A stretch of 64,000 nt of DNA from Candidatus Nanopelagicales bacterium (GCA_037046735.1 JBAOHC010000021.1:110025-174024); one strand, 5' to 3'. Shown: positions 35,035-44,987, counted from the stretch's first letter. The notes: generated by a model from the letters alone, not told the origin. Made by a program: numbers and translations.

Positions 35035-36150
35035 GTGGGCATGAACGAATCGGTTGCCGACGCGTGGGAGGCACTGCGCTCCCGGGAAGATCCGCTGGAG
35101 CGGGCGAAAGCGGCGGAGGCGGTGATCGGGTACTGCCACGCCCAACAACTGCGGGCTTTCCATCAGGTGTTCGTGGAGTCCGAACTGGGTGCGGATCCGG
35201 ACGGGGTGGTGGTCGACCCGACCCCGCCGGAGATCGCCTGCGCGATGCTCTGGTCCCCGGGTGCCGCCTCATCGATGGTGGATGTGGCGGTGGACGTCGT
35301 CGAGGACCTGCCAGTGCTGCTGACCGCACTGTCCGACGGCCGGATCGATTTGGCGAAAGTGCGGGAGATCACCCGCGCCACCCTCGGACTTGAACCGGGT
35401 GATCGGCGGGCCCTCGTGGAGCGGGCGATCGACTACGCGGCGACCCGGACCCGGTCGCAGGTGCGGCCGTGGCTGACCCGGCAGGTCGACCGGATCGACG
35501 CCGACGCCGCCGAACGCAGGCGCAGGAAGGCCCGCAAACAGCGGGAGGTGAAACTGATCCCGGAGCCGGATGGCATGGGGACCCTGTCGGCGTACCTGAC
35601 CGCTGAGGAAGCCACTGCCTGTATGAACGCGATCCGGGCGAAGGCGACCAGGATTGCCGGGTCGCGGGATGCCAGCCAGGCCGATGTCTTCATCCACCTG
35701 CTGACCGGGATCGGCGCGGCCGAGCAGGTCCCGATCGCGGTGATCATGACCGACGACGGCGCCGAGATCGAAGGGTACGGGCCGATCGCCGACGGTCACG
35801 CTGATGATCTGCTGCGCCGCCTGGAGTCCCCGTCGGCGATCATCCGGCTGACACCACCGCAGTGTCGGATCGGCTACGCCCCGACGGTCACGATGCGCCG
35901 GTACGTCCAGACCCGCGATCGGCACTGCCGATTCCCCGGCTGCCGCCGGCCCGCCCGCTCCTGCGACCTCGACCACATCGTGCCCTACCCAACCGGCGCG
36001 ACCGACGTGGCCAATCTGCAGGCGTTATGCCGCTACCACCACCGGATCAAAACCCACACCGGCTGGCGGGTGGAACGCGGACCGAACAACACCACCATCT
36101 GGATCAGCCCACGCGGCAAGCGATACACCAGCCGACCCGACGACCCCTAG
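35035..36150 (+). CDS. DUF222-type HNH endonuclease (13E12-repeat-like family)
   Basis: C-terminal block: RDRHCRFPGCRRPARSCDLDHIVPYPTGATDVANLQALCRYHHRIKTHTGW. The N-terminal helical region resembles DUF222. Confidence 0.85.
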   Translation: MGMNESVADAWEALRSREDPLERAKAAEAVIGYCHAQQLRAFHQVFVESELGADPDGVVVDPTPPEIACAMLWSPGAASSMVDVAVDVVEDLPVLLTALSDGRIDLAKVREITRATLGLEPGDRRALVERAIDYAATRTRSQVRPWLTRQVDRIDADAAERRRRKARKQREVKLIPEPDGMGTLSAYLTAEEATACMNAIRAKATRIAGSRDASQADVFIHLLTGIGAAEQVPIAVIMTDDGAEIEGYGPIADGHADDLLRRLESPSAIIRLTPPQCRIGYAPTVTMRRYVQTRDRHCRFPGCRRPARSCDLDHIVPYPTGATDVANLQALCRYHHRIKTHTGWRVERGPNNTTIWISPRGKRYTSRPDDP

Positions 36151-36328
36151 AGATCGAGAATCCCCGCGCACGCGGGCAGCGCCAACACTTAGGAGCCCGA
36201 CAGGCCGTGCCGGTCAGTGCACCGCGCGGCAACATGTCATGAGACGCGGAGGACAACGGGGCCAACCAGCTAGTGACAATCACTCGCCGCGCGGACAGCC
36301 ACCATCACGGGTGGAGTCGCACTAAGGC

Positions 36329-36538
36329 TCAACGGCCGTCTTCTTCGTCCTCATCATCGATGTATTTGCTGTACGGGTCATAATCATCGTCGTCGTCGAA
36401 TTCTTCGTCGACGTCATGATGCATCGACTTTTGTCCGCTCAACTCGGCTTGCAGTGCCTCAAGGTCTGTTCGTGGCGCATTGTACTTCAGTTCGCGCGCT
36501 ACCTTGGTCTGCTTGGCCTTTGCACGGCCGCGCCCCAT
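36329..36538 (-). CDS. DUF3073 domain protein
   Basis: Internal ATG 36538 follows GAGGGGG. MGRGRAKAKQTKVARELKY... with an acidic C-terminal tail. It is the conserved actinobacterial neighbour of purM (as Rv0810c). Confidence 0.85.
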   Translation of the reverse strand: MGRGRAKAKQTKVARELKYNAPRTDLEALQAELSGQKSMHHDVDEEFDDDDDYDPYSKYIDDEDEEDGR

Positions 36539-36743
36539 ATGGCTCGACCCCCTCGCCCGGGATTGTTGCCCGAAGTGGTCCGTTGACAATTACGTGCAGG
36601 GCTTCTTGCCCACCCCAGAAGCGTACCCCGTCCTCTCGCATGAGCGCACCTCACCCGCCCGGATTCAACTATCGAGTTGCCGCTCCTGATGTTCGATGCG
36701 AGACTGCGAGAGACGCCCGTATCGGACATTTGGGAGCAAGTTG

Positions 36744-36953
36744 ATGAGCGCCAACGTGAGCAATCCAGAGGAGCTACTGACACCTTCCGAAGTGGCTGCG
36801 CTCTTCCGCGTCGACCCCAAGACAGTCACTCGCTGGGCCAAGGCCGGCAAATTGTCGTGTGTAAAGACTCTCGGCGGTCACCGGCGTTACCTTGCCAGCG
36901 AGGTCAACGCTCTGCTGGAGGGCCTGCCCGTTCAGCGTGGCCCGCAGCACTGA
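36744..36953 (+). CDS. bldC: BldC-like MerR/excisionase-family small DNA-binding protein
   Basis: ATG 36744 follows GGGAG. LLTPSEVAALFRVDPKTVTRWAKAGKLSCVKTLGGHRRYLASEVNALL is near-identical in pattern to Streptomyces BldC. Confidence 0.85.
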   Translation: MSANVSNPEELLTPSEVAALFRVDPKTVTRWAKAGKLSCVKTLGGHRRYLASEVNALLEGLPVQRGPQH

Positions 36954-36959
36954 TCCTCC

Positions 36960-37661
36960 TCAGAAGAGTCTCAAAGGCCCCGGCCGGTCCTGCGGCGCAG
37001 TCACCTCGGTCAGATCTATCCGATATCCGCTGTACATCGGGTCATTCAGCTCGCAGGCGCCTGCTGAGGAGAAGCTGTATGTGGGCGCGGCGATGATTGA
37101 ACCCGTGGTACCGGCCAGCTTGAACGCCCGGGCGGGGCCCAACACCGGGACGGTCGAGCGATACGTGATGCGGATCAGCGAGGAGGATCCCCACACGGCG
37201 ACGTCCTGCAGATCGTCAGCCGGCAGGAACGGCGCTTCGGCACATGTTGCGTCCAGGTAGACCGGGCTGCCCAGCGGCAACAACTGACCGTTGGCCAGAT
37301 AGGCGTACGAGCCCCCGTCGATGAGTACCTGCATCACGAGTACCGACGGCGCGATGGCGATACCGCTCATGGCCTTACCCACAACAGCGCCCGCACCATC
37401 GACGACGACACCAAGGTAGGAAGCACTGCCGGCTGTCCCCTGGGCGCCGGGCGCACCGGAGTTACCAGTGGGACCCGCCTTACTCCAGGTCAACTTCTTC
37501 CAGCCTTTTTTGCACTTAGTCATCCCTTTGGTCATCATCCGCATCTCGCCGGTGCTCTTCTTGACACACGCTCGGTATGAGGTGGCCGCCGTGCCGGACT
37601 GCGCTGCGATGCCGGTAGTGGCCAGAGCGAGCGCGCTGGCCACAGCAAGTGAACGTTTCAC
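36960..37661 (-). CDS. secreted protein, tandem paralogue 2 (basic Cys motif + short collagen-like triplets)
   Basis: Signal peptide: MKRSLAVASALALATTGIAAQS. CVKKSTGEMRMMTKGMTKCKKGWKKLTW, then GPTGNSGAPGAQGTAG. It ends VTAPQDRPGPLRLF. It is collinear with the 37671..38360 protein. Confidence 0.7.
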   Translation of the reverse strand: MKRSLAVASALALATTGIAAQSGTAATSYRACVKKSTGEMRMMTKGMTKCKKGWKKLTWSKAGPTGNSGAPGAQGTAGSASYLGVVVDGAGAVVGKAMSGIAIAPSVLVMQVLIDGGSYAYLANGQLLPLGSPVYLDATCAEAPFLPADDLQDVAVWGSSSLIRITYRSTVPVLGPARAFKLAGTTGSIIAAPTYSFSSAGACELNDPMYSGYRIDLTEVTAPQDRPGPLRLF

Positions 37662-37670
37662 AGATCTGCC

Positions 37671-38360
37671 CTACCCGATACTCAAAGGGCCGGTGGCGTC
37701 CTGCGGCGCGGTCACCGGCTCCAGGAACACGATCTTGCCGTTATGGGAGCCATTCGAAACACAGTCGCCGGTCTCGTTGAGTTCGTAGACCGGCTGGTTG
37801 ATGACCTGTGTCGCCGAGGTCAGTGCCCAGGCCCGGGTCGGGCCGAGGGCCGGTATCATCTTGCGCCACACAACTCGGGTCGGACCACCGACCGATCCTG
37901 TCAACAGCGATGCGCTCAGCTCTGAACTCGCGGTGAGAAATGCCTGACCGGTGCAGTCAGCTGCCAGCCAGTTCGGGCTGTCACCGCCCAGGGACATCAC
38001 CCTCCCGTCACCGGTGTAGACGAACATCCCGTTGTCCACAAGGACGAACATGACCAGAATGCCGGTGGGGTAGATCCCCATGAACCTGCCCACGACTCGG
38101 CCGGTAGCATCCTTGACCACGGTCATGGGACCCTCAGCGCCGGCGGGACCTGTCTGTCCCTGGGGTCCAACTGCCCCCCGCTGATTCCAGGAGACCTTCT
38201 TCCACCCCTTCTTGCACTTCTTCTTCGGGATTCGCATCTCGCCGGACTTCTTGTTGACGCAGACCGTGATCGTAGCGCCCTGTGCGGGTACCGCAGACGT
38301 GCCTGCCGCCAGCAGACACAACGAGATAGCAGCGATTATCGCCCTTCGCACCACACCCAC
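37671..38360 (-). CDS. secreted protein, tandem paralogue 1
   Basis: Signal peptide, then CVNKKSGEMRIPKKKCKKGWKKVSW, then GPQGQTGPAGAEGP. It ends VTAPQDATGPLSIG. Confidence 0.7.
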   Translation of the reverse strand: MGVVRRAIIAAISLCLLAAGTSAVPAQGATITVCVNKKSGEMRIPKKKCKKGWKKVSWNQRGAVGPQGQTGPAGAEGPMTVVKDATGRVVGRFMGIYPTGILVMFVLVDNGMFVYTGDGRVMSLGGDSPNWLAADCTGQAFLTASSELSASLLTGSVGGPTRVVWRKMIPALGPTRAWALTSATQVINQPVYELNETGDCVSNGSHNGKIVFLEPVTAPQDATGPLSIG

Positions 38361-38424
38361 CTCCCAGTGATTGTGCGTAAGGCTAGTGTCTGCCGACTCG
38401 CGTGGCAGTCCCCCAAACGAATGA

Positions 38425-39480
38425 TCAGATTCCGGTTAGGGAAACCGATCCTCCCTGACCACCCTTTGCCTGGGCGTCACTGCGATCTGTGGAAACGCGG
38501 GGTCGAACCTCACCGCAGACCCACGCGGGGACACCCCGCTCAGTGAGAGATGCGAGCACCGGCTGCGGTTCGGGGACGACAGCCAGCATGCCGATTCCCA
38601 TGTTGAAAGTGCGTTCGGCATCCTGACGCTCAACGCCCAGATCGAGCAACGCCTGAAAGACAGGAGGCACCGTCCACGTCCCCCGGTCGATGTCAGCGTG
38701 CAGACTGGACGGCAGGACGCGCGCCAGATTGGCGGCCAGCCCGCCGCCGGTGACATGGGAGAAGGCGTGCACATCGGACGCCACGGCCAAGCAGTCGAGA
38801 GCGTAGATCCGGGTCGGCTCCAGCAGCTCCTCCCCGAGCGTGCGGCCAAAGTCGGCGACCTCGTCGGCCAGGGCCCACTGGTTGAGGAAGACCTTGCGTG
38901 CCAGCGAGTAGCCGTTCGAATGTAGGCCGGAGGACGCCATCGCGATCACGGTGTCCCCGGCCTGTACCCGCTCCGGCCCCAGCAGCGCATCCGCTTCAAC
39001 GACTGCCGTCCCTGCACCGGCCACGTCGTACTCGTCGGGGGCCATCAGACCGGGATGCTCAGCCGTCTCCCCGCCAAGGAGTGCACACCCTGCTTGCTGG
39101 CACCCAGCTGCGATCCCGCTGACTATGGCGGCGATCCGCTCCGGAACCACTTTGCCGGTGGCGATGTAGTCGGTCATGAAAAGCGGCTCAGCGCCGCACA
39201 CGACGAGGTCATCGACGACCATGGCGACCAGGTCGATGCCGATCGTGTCGTGGATGTCCATGCGCCGGGCCACGTCGATCTTGGTGCCCACGCCGTCGGT
39301 GGCCGTGGCGAGCAACGGTCGCTTGTAGCGGGCCAGGGCGGAGGCGTCGAAGAGACCAGCGAAACCACCGAGACCGCCCACCACCTCGGGGCGCATGGTG
39401 GCCGCCACGCGGTGACGCATCAACTCGACTGCCCGCTCGCCAGCTTCGACGTCGACGCCGGCGTCCGCGTAACTACTCAT
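38425..39480 (-). CDS. purM: phosphoribosylformylglycinamidine cyclo-ligase (AIR synthetase)
   Basis: Internal ATG 39480 forms ATGA with the purF stop. MSSYADAGVDVEAGERAV...ATDGVGTKIDVA...GGETAEHPG... Confidence 0.95.
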   Translation of the reverse strand: MSSYADAGVDVEAGERAVELMRHRVAATMRPEVVGGLGGFAGLFDASALARYKRPLLATATDGVGTKIDVARRMDIHDTIGIDLVAMVVDDLVVCGAEPLFMTDYIATGKVVPERIAAIVSGIAAGCQQAGCALLGGETAEHPGLMAPDEYDVAGAGTAVVEADALLGPERVQAGDTVIAMASSGLHSNGYSLARKVFLNQWALADEVADFGRTLGEELLEPTRIYALDCLAVASDVHAFSHVTGGGLAANLARVLPSSLHADIDRGTWTVPPVFQALLDLGVERQDAERTFNMGIGMLAVVPEPQPVLASLTERGVPAWVCGEVRPRVSTDRSDAQAKGGQGGSVSLTGI

Positions 39481-40943
39481 CCCGTCACCTCGAGGATGTG
39501 TTTGCTGCGCAGTTCGGGATCGGCGAGCTCCACGGGATACACACCGTCGAAGCAGGCCCGACACAACTGACCTTTGGGCACCTGGGTCGCTTCGATGAGG
39601 CCGTCCAGCGACACGTAGGACAACGAGTCGGCCTTGATAGAGGTGCGAATTTCCTCCACGCTCAGGCCGGGCGCGATGAGCTCGGCCCGGGACGCGAAGT
39701 CGATCCCGTAATAGCAGGGCCACAAGACCGGTGGTGATGAGATGCGGACGTGGACTTCGGTGGCGCCGGCCTCCCGCAGCATCCGCAGCAGTGCCCGTTG
39801 GGTGTTGCCGCGCACGATGGAATCGTCGACCACGACCAGGCGTTTGCCGGCGATGACCTCGGCGAGCGGATTGAGCTTGAGACGCAGTCCCAGTTGCCGA
39901 ATGGTCTGAGTGGGCTGGATGAATGTCCGGCCAACGTAGGCGTTCTTGACCAGACCCTGCGCGAACGGGATCCCCGACTCCTGCGCGTAACCGATCGCTG
40001 CGGGGGTGCCGCTCTCGGGCACTGGGATCACCAGGTCCGCCTCGATCGGAGCCTCTCGGGCGAGCTGCCTACCCACCTCGACCCGGACCGCGTTGACACT
40101 GCGGCCGGTCAGGATCGAGTCGGGTCGGGCCAGGTAGACGTACTCGAACAGGCACCCTTTGGGATCCGGCATCGCGAACTTACGTGACCGCACCCCGTTC
40201 TCGTCGATGGCAACAAACTCGCCCGGTTCGATGTCACGTACGAAGGAGGCCCCCACGATGTCCAGCGCCGCGGTCTCGCTGGCCACCACCCACCCGCGCT
40301 CAAGCCGGCCCAAGCACAGCGGCCGGATTCCTTGTGGGTCGCGGGCGGCGTACAGGGTGTTCTCGTCGAGGAACACCAAGCTGAAGGCACCACGCAGCAA
40401 GGGCAGTTCAGTCATCGCCGCCTGCTCGATCGTCTCCCCCGGGTGTGCCGCAAGCAGCGCCGTGAGCAGGTCGGTATCGGAACTGGCGACCATGCTGGCG
40501 TCAAGCGGCAACTCCCCCGTGTCGAGGGTCGCCAAGCGCTCGGCAAGTTCATGCGTGTTCGTCAGGTTACCGTTGTGGCCGAGCGCGAGGTGGCCGGTGG
40601 CAGTGGTCCGGAACGTCGGCTGGGCGTTCTCCCAGACGCTGGAACCGGTCGTCGAGTAGCGGGCGTGGCCAATCGCGATGTAACCGTGCAGTGAATCCAG
40701 CAATGAGTCGCTGAAGACCTGCGATACCAAGCCCATGTCCTTGTAGACCAGTATCTGACTGCCGTCGCTGGTCGCGATTCCGGCCGACTCCTGGCCGCGG
40801 TGCTGCAGCGCGTACAGCCCGAAGTAGGTCAGCTTTGCGACCTCATCGCCAGGAGCCCAGACCCCGAAAACGCCACAAGCGTCCTGAGGTCCTTTTTCAC
40901 CGGGGAGAAGATCGTGGTTCAATCGCCCATCGCCGCGCGCCAC
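39477..40943 (-). CDS. purF: amidophosphoribosyltransferase
   Basis: N-terminal nucleophile CGVFGVWAP. LYALQHRGQESAGIA. PRTase motif VVVDDSIVRGNT. Confidence 0.95.
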   Translation of the reverse strand: MARGDGRLNHDLLPGEKGPQDACGVFGVWAPGDEVAKLTYFGLYALQHRGQESAGIATSDGSQILVYKDMGLVSQVFSDSLLDSLHGYIAIGHARYSTTGSSVWENAQPTFRTTATGHLALGHNGNLTNTHELAERLATLDTGELPLDASMVASSDTDLLTALLAAHPGETIEQAAMTELPLLRGAFSLVFLDENTLYAARDPQGIRPLCLGRLERGWVVASETAALDIVGASFVRDIEPGEFVAIDENGVRSRKFAMPDPKGCLFEYVYLARPDSILTGRSVNAVRVEVGRQLAREAPIEADLVIPVPESGTPAAIGYAQESGIPFAQGLVKNAYVGRTFIQPTQTIRQLGLRLKLNPLAEVIAGKRLVVVDDSIVRGNTQRALLRMLREAGATEVHVRISSPPVLWPCYYGIDFASRAELIAPGLSVEEIRTSIKADSLSYVSLDGLIEATQVPKGQLCRACFDGVYPVELADPELRSKHILEVTG

Positions 40944-40997
40944 TGCTCAAGTGTTGCACAGGCGGCGTTGGGTCCAAGCCCGTGATTGCCAGATCGG

Positions 40998-42728
40998 CTA
41001 TATGCCGACAACCGGCCGGTACCTGGGTTTCCACATCGAGTCCAGGACCGCTTGCAGTGCGTTGTCCGGAGTCGCCCTCGCCACACCCTCCCGAACGGCC
41101 TCCTCAACCACTGCCACCGCCACGGCCGCGGAGGTCGCCCGGATGTCGGCGATCTCAGGCAGCAGGGGACTGCCTGGCCCATGGATCTCGACCAGTTGGG
41201 CGACCGCTTTGGCCGCCGCGTTGAGCATCCCGTCGGTGATCTTGGTGGCCCTGGCCACGATGGCGCCAAGGCCCAGCCCGGGATACAACAGGGCATTGTT
41301 GGCCTGCCCGATGTGGTGACTGACACCGTCGATGGTCACCGGATCGAACGGGCTGCCGGTCACGATCAAGGCCTGGCCGTCAGTCCAGGCCAGCAGGTCC
41401 GCCGGCACAGCCTCGGCCAACGGAGTGGGGTTGCTCATGGGCAGGATGAACGGCCGCGCCACATGCGAGTGCATCTCACGGACCACCTGCTCGGTGAACG
41501 CACCGTGGACCGTGGACGTGCCCACCAGGATGGTGGGCTGGACCCGCCGGACCGTCTCCAGCAGGGAGATCGCACCTAGCTCGTCGCGCTCGTAGTCGCG
41601 GACCTCAGCGGCGGGCCGGGCGTAGCCACGGTGGTAGTCGCGAAGCTCGGGGAGCTGATCGTGCAGCAGCCCGGGGCGGTCGATCAGCCAGATCCGGCGC
41701 GAAGCCTCCTCGCGGCTGTATCCCGATTCCACGATGGCGTCGCGGATCTGGTCGGCGATCCCCACACCGGCTGTGCCGGCACCAAACACGACCACCCGGT
41801 GATCGGACAGCGGCATGGCGGTGACCTTGACCCCGGACAGGATCGCGGCGAAGGCGATCGCCCCCGTGCCCTGCATATCGTCGTTGAAGGTACACACCTG
41901 GTCGCGGTATCGATCCAGGATCCGGCGGGCATTCGTCTCCCCGAAATCCTCCCAGTGCAGAAGCGCATTGGGGAACATCTTGCTGGCGGTGCTGACGTAG
42001 GTCTCGATGAGTTCGTCGTACTTCTCGCCGCGCAGCCGGGCGTGCTTCTCACCCAGGTACCCGGGGTCGGTCAGCAGCCCAGTACGGTCGGTGCCGACAT
42101 CGATGACGACGGGAATCGCCCGTTCTGGATCGACCCCCGCGGCCGCCACGTAGACGCTGATCTTGCCGATCGCGATGTCGATGCCGCCGACCCCCCAGTC
42201 GCCGATGCCGAGGATCGCCTCGGAGTCGGTGGCCACCAGCAGGTCCACATCATCGGGGCCGAGCCCGAGGTTCGTGAAGGCCTTCGGCACATCCTGCGGC
42301 CAGCGGGACTGCAGATACACCCCCCGCGGACGGCGGAAGGCGTGGCTGTACTCACGGATCGATTCGCCCACGGTCGGCGTGTAAACGATCGGCATAAGGT
42401 CGGGCAGGTCGTCGATCAGCAACCTGTAGAACAGCGTCTCGTTACGGTCGTGCAACTCGCGCAGATAGACGTTCTTGGCCAACGGGCCCGGCTGCTCAGC
42501 CAACTGTCGACGCACCCGCAACAACTGTTGGTCGATGGTCTCGACACGCTGCGGCAACAGACCGACCAGGCCAAGCGCCTCCCGTTCGGCGTCGGAGAAG
42601 GCGGACTGCTTGTTCAACCGCGGATCGGCCAGCAGAGCCTGCCCGCGCAGGGTCGTTCGGCGCGCTGGGAGTTCGTTCACACTGTCGGTTCTACCGTCCG
42701 AGGCAATCGTTTGCGCATCGACGCGCAC
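40998..42728 (-). CDS. NAD(P)-dependent malic enzyme
   Basis: LNKQSAFSDAEREALGLVGLLP, ETLFYRLL, VYTPTVG, FNDDMQGTGAI, VVFGAGTAGVGIA. Confidence 0.9.
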   Translation of the reverse strand: MRVDAQTIASDGRTDSVNELPARRTTLRGQALLADPRLNKQSAFSDAEREALGLVGLLPQRVETIDQQLLRVRRQLAEQPGPLAKNVYLRELHDRNETLFYRLLIDDLPDLMPIVYTPTVGESIREYSHAFRRPRGVYLQSRWPQDVPKAFTNLGLGPDDVDLLVATDSEAILGIGDWGVGGIDIAIGKISVYVAAAGVDPERAIPVVIDVGTDRTGLLTDPGYLGEKHARLRGEKYDELIETYVSTASKMFPNALLHWEDFGETNARRILDRYRDQVCTFNDDMQGTGAIAFAAILSGVKVTAMPLSDHRVVVFGAGTAGVGIADQIRDAIVESGYSREEASRRIWLIDRPGLLHDQLPELRDYHRGYARPAAEVRDYERDELGAISLLETVRRVQPTILVGTSTVHGAFTEQVVREMHSHVARPFILPMSNPTPLAEAVPADLLAWTDGQALIVTGSPFDPVTIDGVSHHIGQANNALLYPGLGLGAIVARATKITDGMLNAAAKAVAQLVEIHGPGSPLLPEIADIRATSAAVAVAVVEEAVREGVARATPDNALQAVLDSMWKPRYRPVVGI

Positions 42729-42761
42729 CGGGCGGTTCGCCCTACCGGCGCGAGACGCGTT

Positions 42762-43421
42762 TCAGTCCAGCCGCGCGAAAGCGGTCACATCGGCCGGTTT
42801 ACCCATCACCAGGATCTCGTCGCCGTAGCTGAGTTGAGTCTGTAGATCAGCATGGGTGAACTGATCCTGGCCGCTCGGACGTACCGCGATGACGGTGACC
42901 CTGTGTTTGTCCCGCAACTTGGAGGATCCCAGCGGCTCCCCGACCAGGAAGCGCGGCGGCTTCGTCTTCGCGATGACCCAGTTGGTGGCAATGCGCATGT
43001 AGTCGAGCACCTCGCCACTGACCAAGTGCGCGATCCGCTGGCCCATGTCGTGCTCCGGCTGCACGACATGGTGGGCGCCCACCCGTTGCAGGATCAGCGC
43101 GTGCTGTGAACTCAGCGCTTTGCCCCAGATGCGCTCCACACCCAACTGCGACAGGTTCGACACCGCGAGGATGCTGTCCTCCATCGCCCCGATCGCCACC
43201 ACCGCCGTGTGGAACTCCTCGGCGCCGATCTCTTCGAGTGCTTTCAGATCGGTCGCGTCCGCGCGAACGATGTTGCTCAGCATCCCGGCGTAGCGCTGAA
43301 CCCGCTCCTCGCTGTCGTCAACAGCCAACACCTCCACTCCGCTGCGGGCGAGCTCGCGGGCCAGCGCGATCCCGAATCGGCCCATGCCCAATACCAGAAC
43401 AGGGCCCTGTGACTTAGCCAA
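42762..43421 (-). CDS. TrkA/KtrA-family K+ uptake regulatory subunit (RCK)
   Basis: VLVLGMGRFGIALAREL (Rossmann GxGxxG) plus a C-terminal TrkA_C-like part. 8-nt overlap with the upstream TrkH gene. Confidence 0.9.
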   Translation of the reverse strand: MAKSQGPVLVLGMGRFGIALARELARSGVEVLAVDDSEERVQRYAGMLSNIVRADATDLKALEEIGAEEFHTAVVAIGAMEDSILAVSNLSQLGVERIWGKALSSQHALILQRVGAHHVVQPEHDMGQRIAHLVSGEVLDYMRIATNWVIAKTKPPRFLVGEPLGSSKLRDKHRVTVIAVRPSGQDQFTHADLQTQLSYGDEILVMGKPADVTAFARLD

Positions 43422-44745
43422 CGATCATCCTCTCCTCGGGTCGTTCGAACCGTTGTTTACGCTCGCGTAGTGCCAGCGCCGACGCGACCGTCAGTGGGCC
43501 GACCCGGCCGATGAACATCAATGCCACGATGACCAATTGCGCATTGATGGGAAGCGAAGCGGTGATGCCGACCGACAGCCCCACCGTGGCCAAGGCGGAG
43601 ATGGCTTCGAAGAGCACGGCTTCGAACGGGAACTGCGTCATCGACAAAAGAGTGAAGGTCGCAACCCCGACCATTCCGATACTGAGCAGCGTCAGCGTCA
43701 TGGCACGGCGCTGGGTGTCGGTCGGGATCCGCCGACGGCCCACGTTGACGTGCTGATCGCCTCGGCCCTGCGACCACAGCACGTACAGCAGCACACCGAA
43801 CGTTGTGACCTTGATCCCCCCGGCGGTACTCGCGCTACCTCCACCGATGAACATCAGCGCGCTGGTGAAAAGTAACGTCTCAGGACGCAATTGACCCATG
43901 TCGACCGCGTTGAACCCGGCGGTACGAGGCATCACGGCTGTGAAGAAGGCCAACGTCCCGCCTTGGGCCGGACTGTATTCGGCCAGTGTGCCAGGATTCG
44001 TCACCTCCGAGATCCAGATCACGACCGTACCCGTGGCCAGCAGTCCCGCCGTGACGATGACCGTAATGCGGGTGAGTACCGACCACTGCGCCGGGCTGTG
44101 CCACATCCGCGCCAGCTCGAAGATGACGGGGAATCCCAGACCACCGACGATCACCGCCACCGAGATCGTGATCAGGAACAACCCGTCCCCGGCAAACGGG
44201 ATCAAGTTGCCCGGATAGGTCGAGAAGCCGGCGTTGTTGAAGGCCGAAACGGAGTGGAACAAGCCGTGGTACGCAGCCTGCGGCAACGGTTCGTCGTAGC
44301 GGATGAGCAACTGCGCGGTCAGCAACAGCGCGAAGATCACTTCGGTGACGAGGACGAACCCGACGATGCGCCGAATGATGTGGCGCACAGAGCCAGGCGT
44401 CAGCGCGCGCGACTCTGCCTGCACGATCAGACGACTGCGTAGACCCAGCCGCTTGGACAGAACGAGGGCGGCCAGGGTGGCCAGGGTCATGATCCCCAAG
44501 CCGCCCACCTGAATGAGGAGCATGATCACCACTTGCCCGAACGTCGACCAGTAGGTGGCCGTGTCGACGGTGGTCAAACCGGTCACGCATACGGCCGAGG
44601 TGGCCGTGAAGAGGGCGTCGTGCAGCGGCGCAACTTCGCCGGCCACTGTCGCCCACGGCAGGCTCAGCAGACCGGTCCCAACAGCGATGCCCCCCGCGAA
44701 CGCCACTGCGACCACCTGCCCCGGGTGCAGGTCGGAGAGGGCCAC
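43414..44745 (-). CDS. TrkH/KtrB-family K+ transporter membrane subunit
   Basis: 443 aa and polytopic, with repeated selectivity-filter-like segments (TAVCVTGL, SAFNNAGF, PRTAGFN, STAGGIKV). Confidence 0.9.
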   Translation of the reverse strand: MALSDLHPGQVVAVAFAGGIAVGTGLLSLPWATVAGEVAPLHDALFTATSAVCVTGLTTVDTATYWSTFGQVVIMLLIQVGGLGIMTLATLAALVLSKRLGLRSRLIVQAESRALTPGSVRHIIRRIVGFVLVTEVIFALLLTAQLLIRYDEPLPQAAYHGLFHSVSAFNNAGFSTYPGNLIPFAGDGLFLITISVAVIVGGLGFPVIFELARMWHSPAQWSVLTRITVIVTAGLLATGTVVIWISEVTNPGTLAEYSPAQGGTLAFFTAVMPRTAGFNAVDMGQLRPETLLFTSALMFIGGGSASTAGGIKVTTFGVLLYVLWSQGRGDQHVNVGRRRIPTDTQRRAMTLTLLSIGMVGVATFTLLSMTQFPFEAVLFEAISALATVGLSVGITASLPINAQLVIVALMFIGRVGPLTVASALALRERKQRFERPEERMIVG

Positions 44746-44987
44746 GTTTCCCGATTATGGTCTGGTCGAGGCCTGATCGCCCTGCCAGTGCGGACTGTGC
44801 CGGTCGCCGCCGATTTTGGAACCGTTGTCGCCGGACTTGAGGTCAGTGGGCCCGTGTGGGCGATGCAAATTGATCCCAAGCCTGCCGACGTGCGTCGGGC
44901 GGCACCCGGCAGCAACACCGGCAAGCCCTTTCCGGATCTGGATCTTCGTGCCTACACTTAGCGACCACCAATCCTGAGGAGACACCG

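Noticed and set aside
36151-36328. Intergenic stretches scanned for tRNA or other RNA genes: 36151-36328, 44746-44987, 56842-57084 and 11436-12223
   Set aside because: No T-arm (GGTTCGAATCC-like) or cloverleaf-compatible pattern was recognised. I cannot exclude small RNAs without tRNAscan or Infernal.
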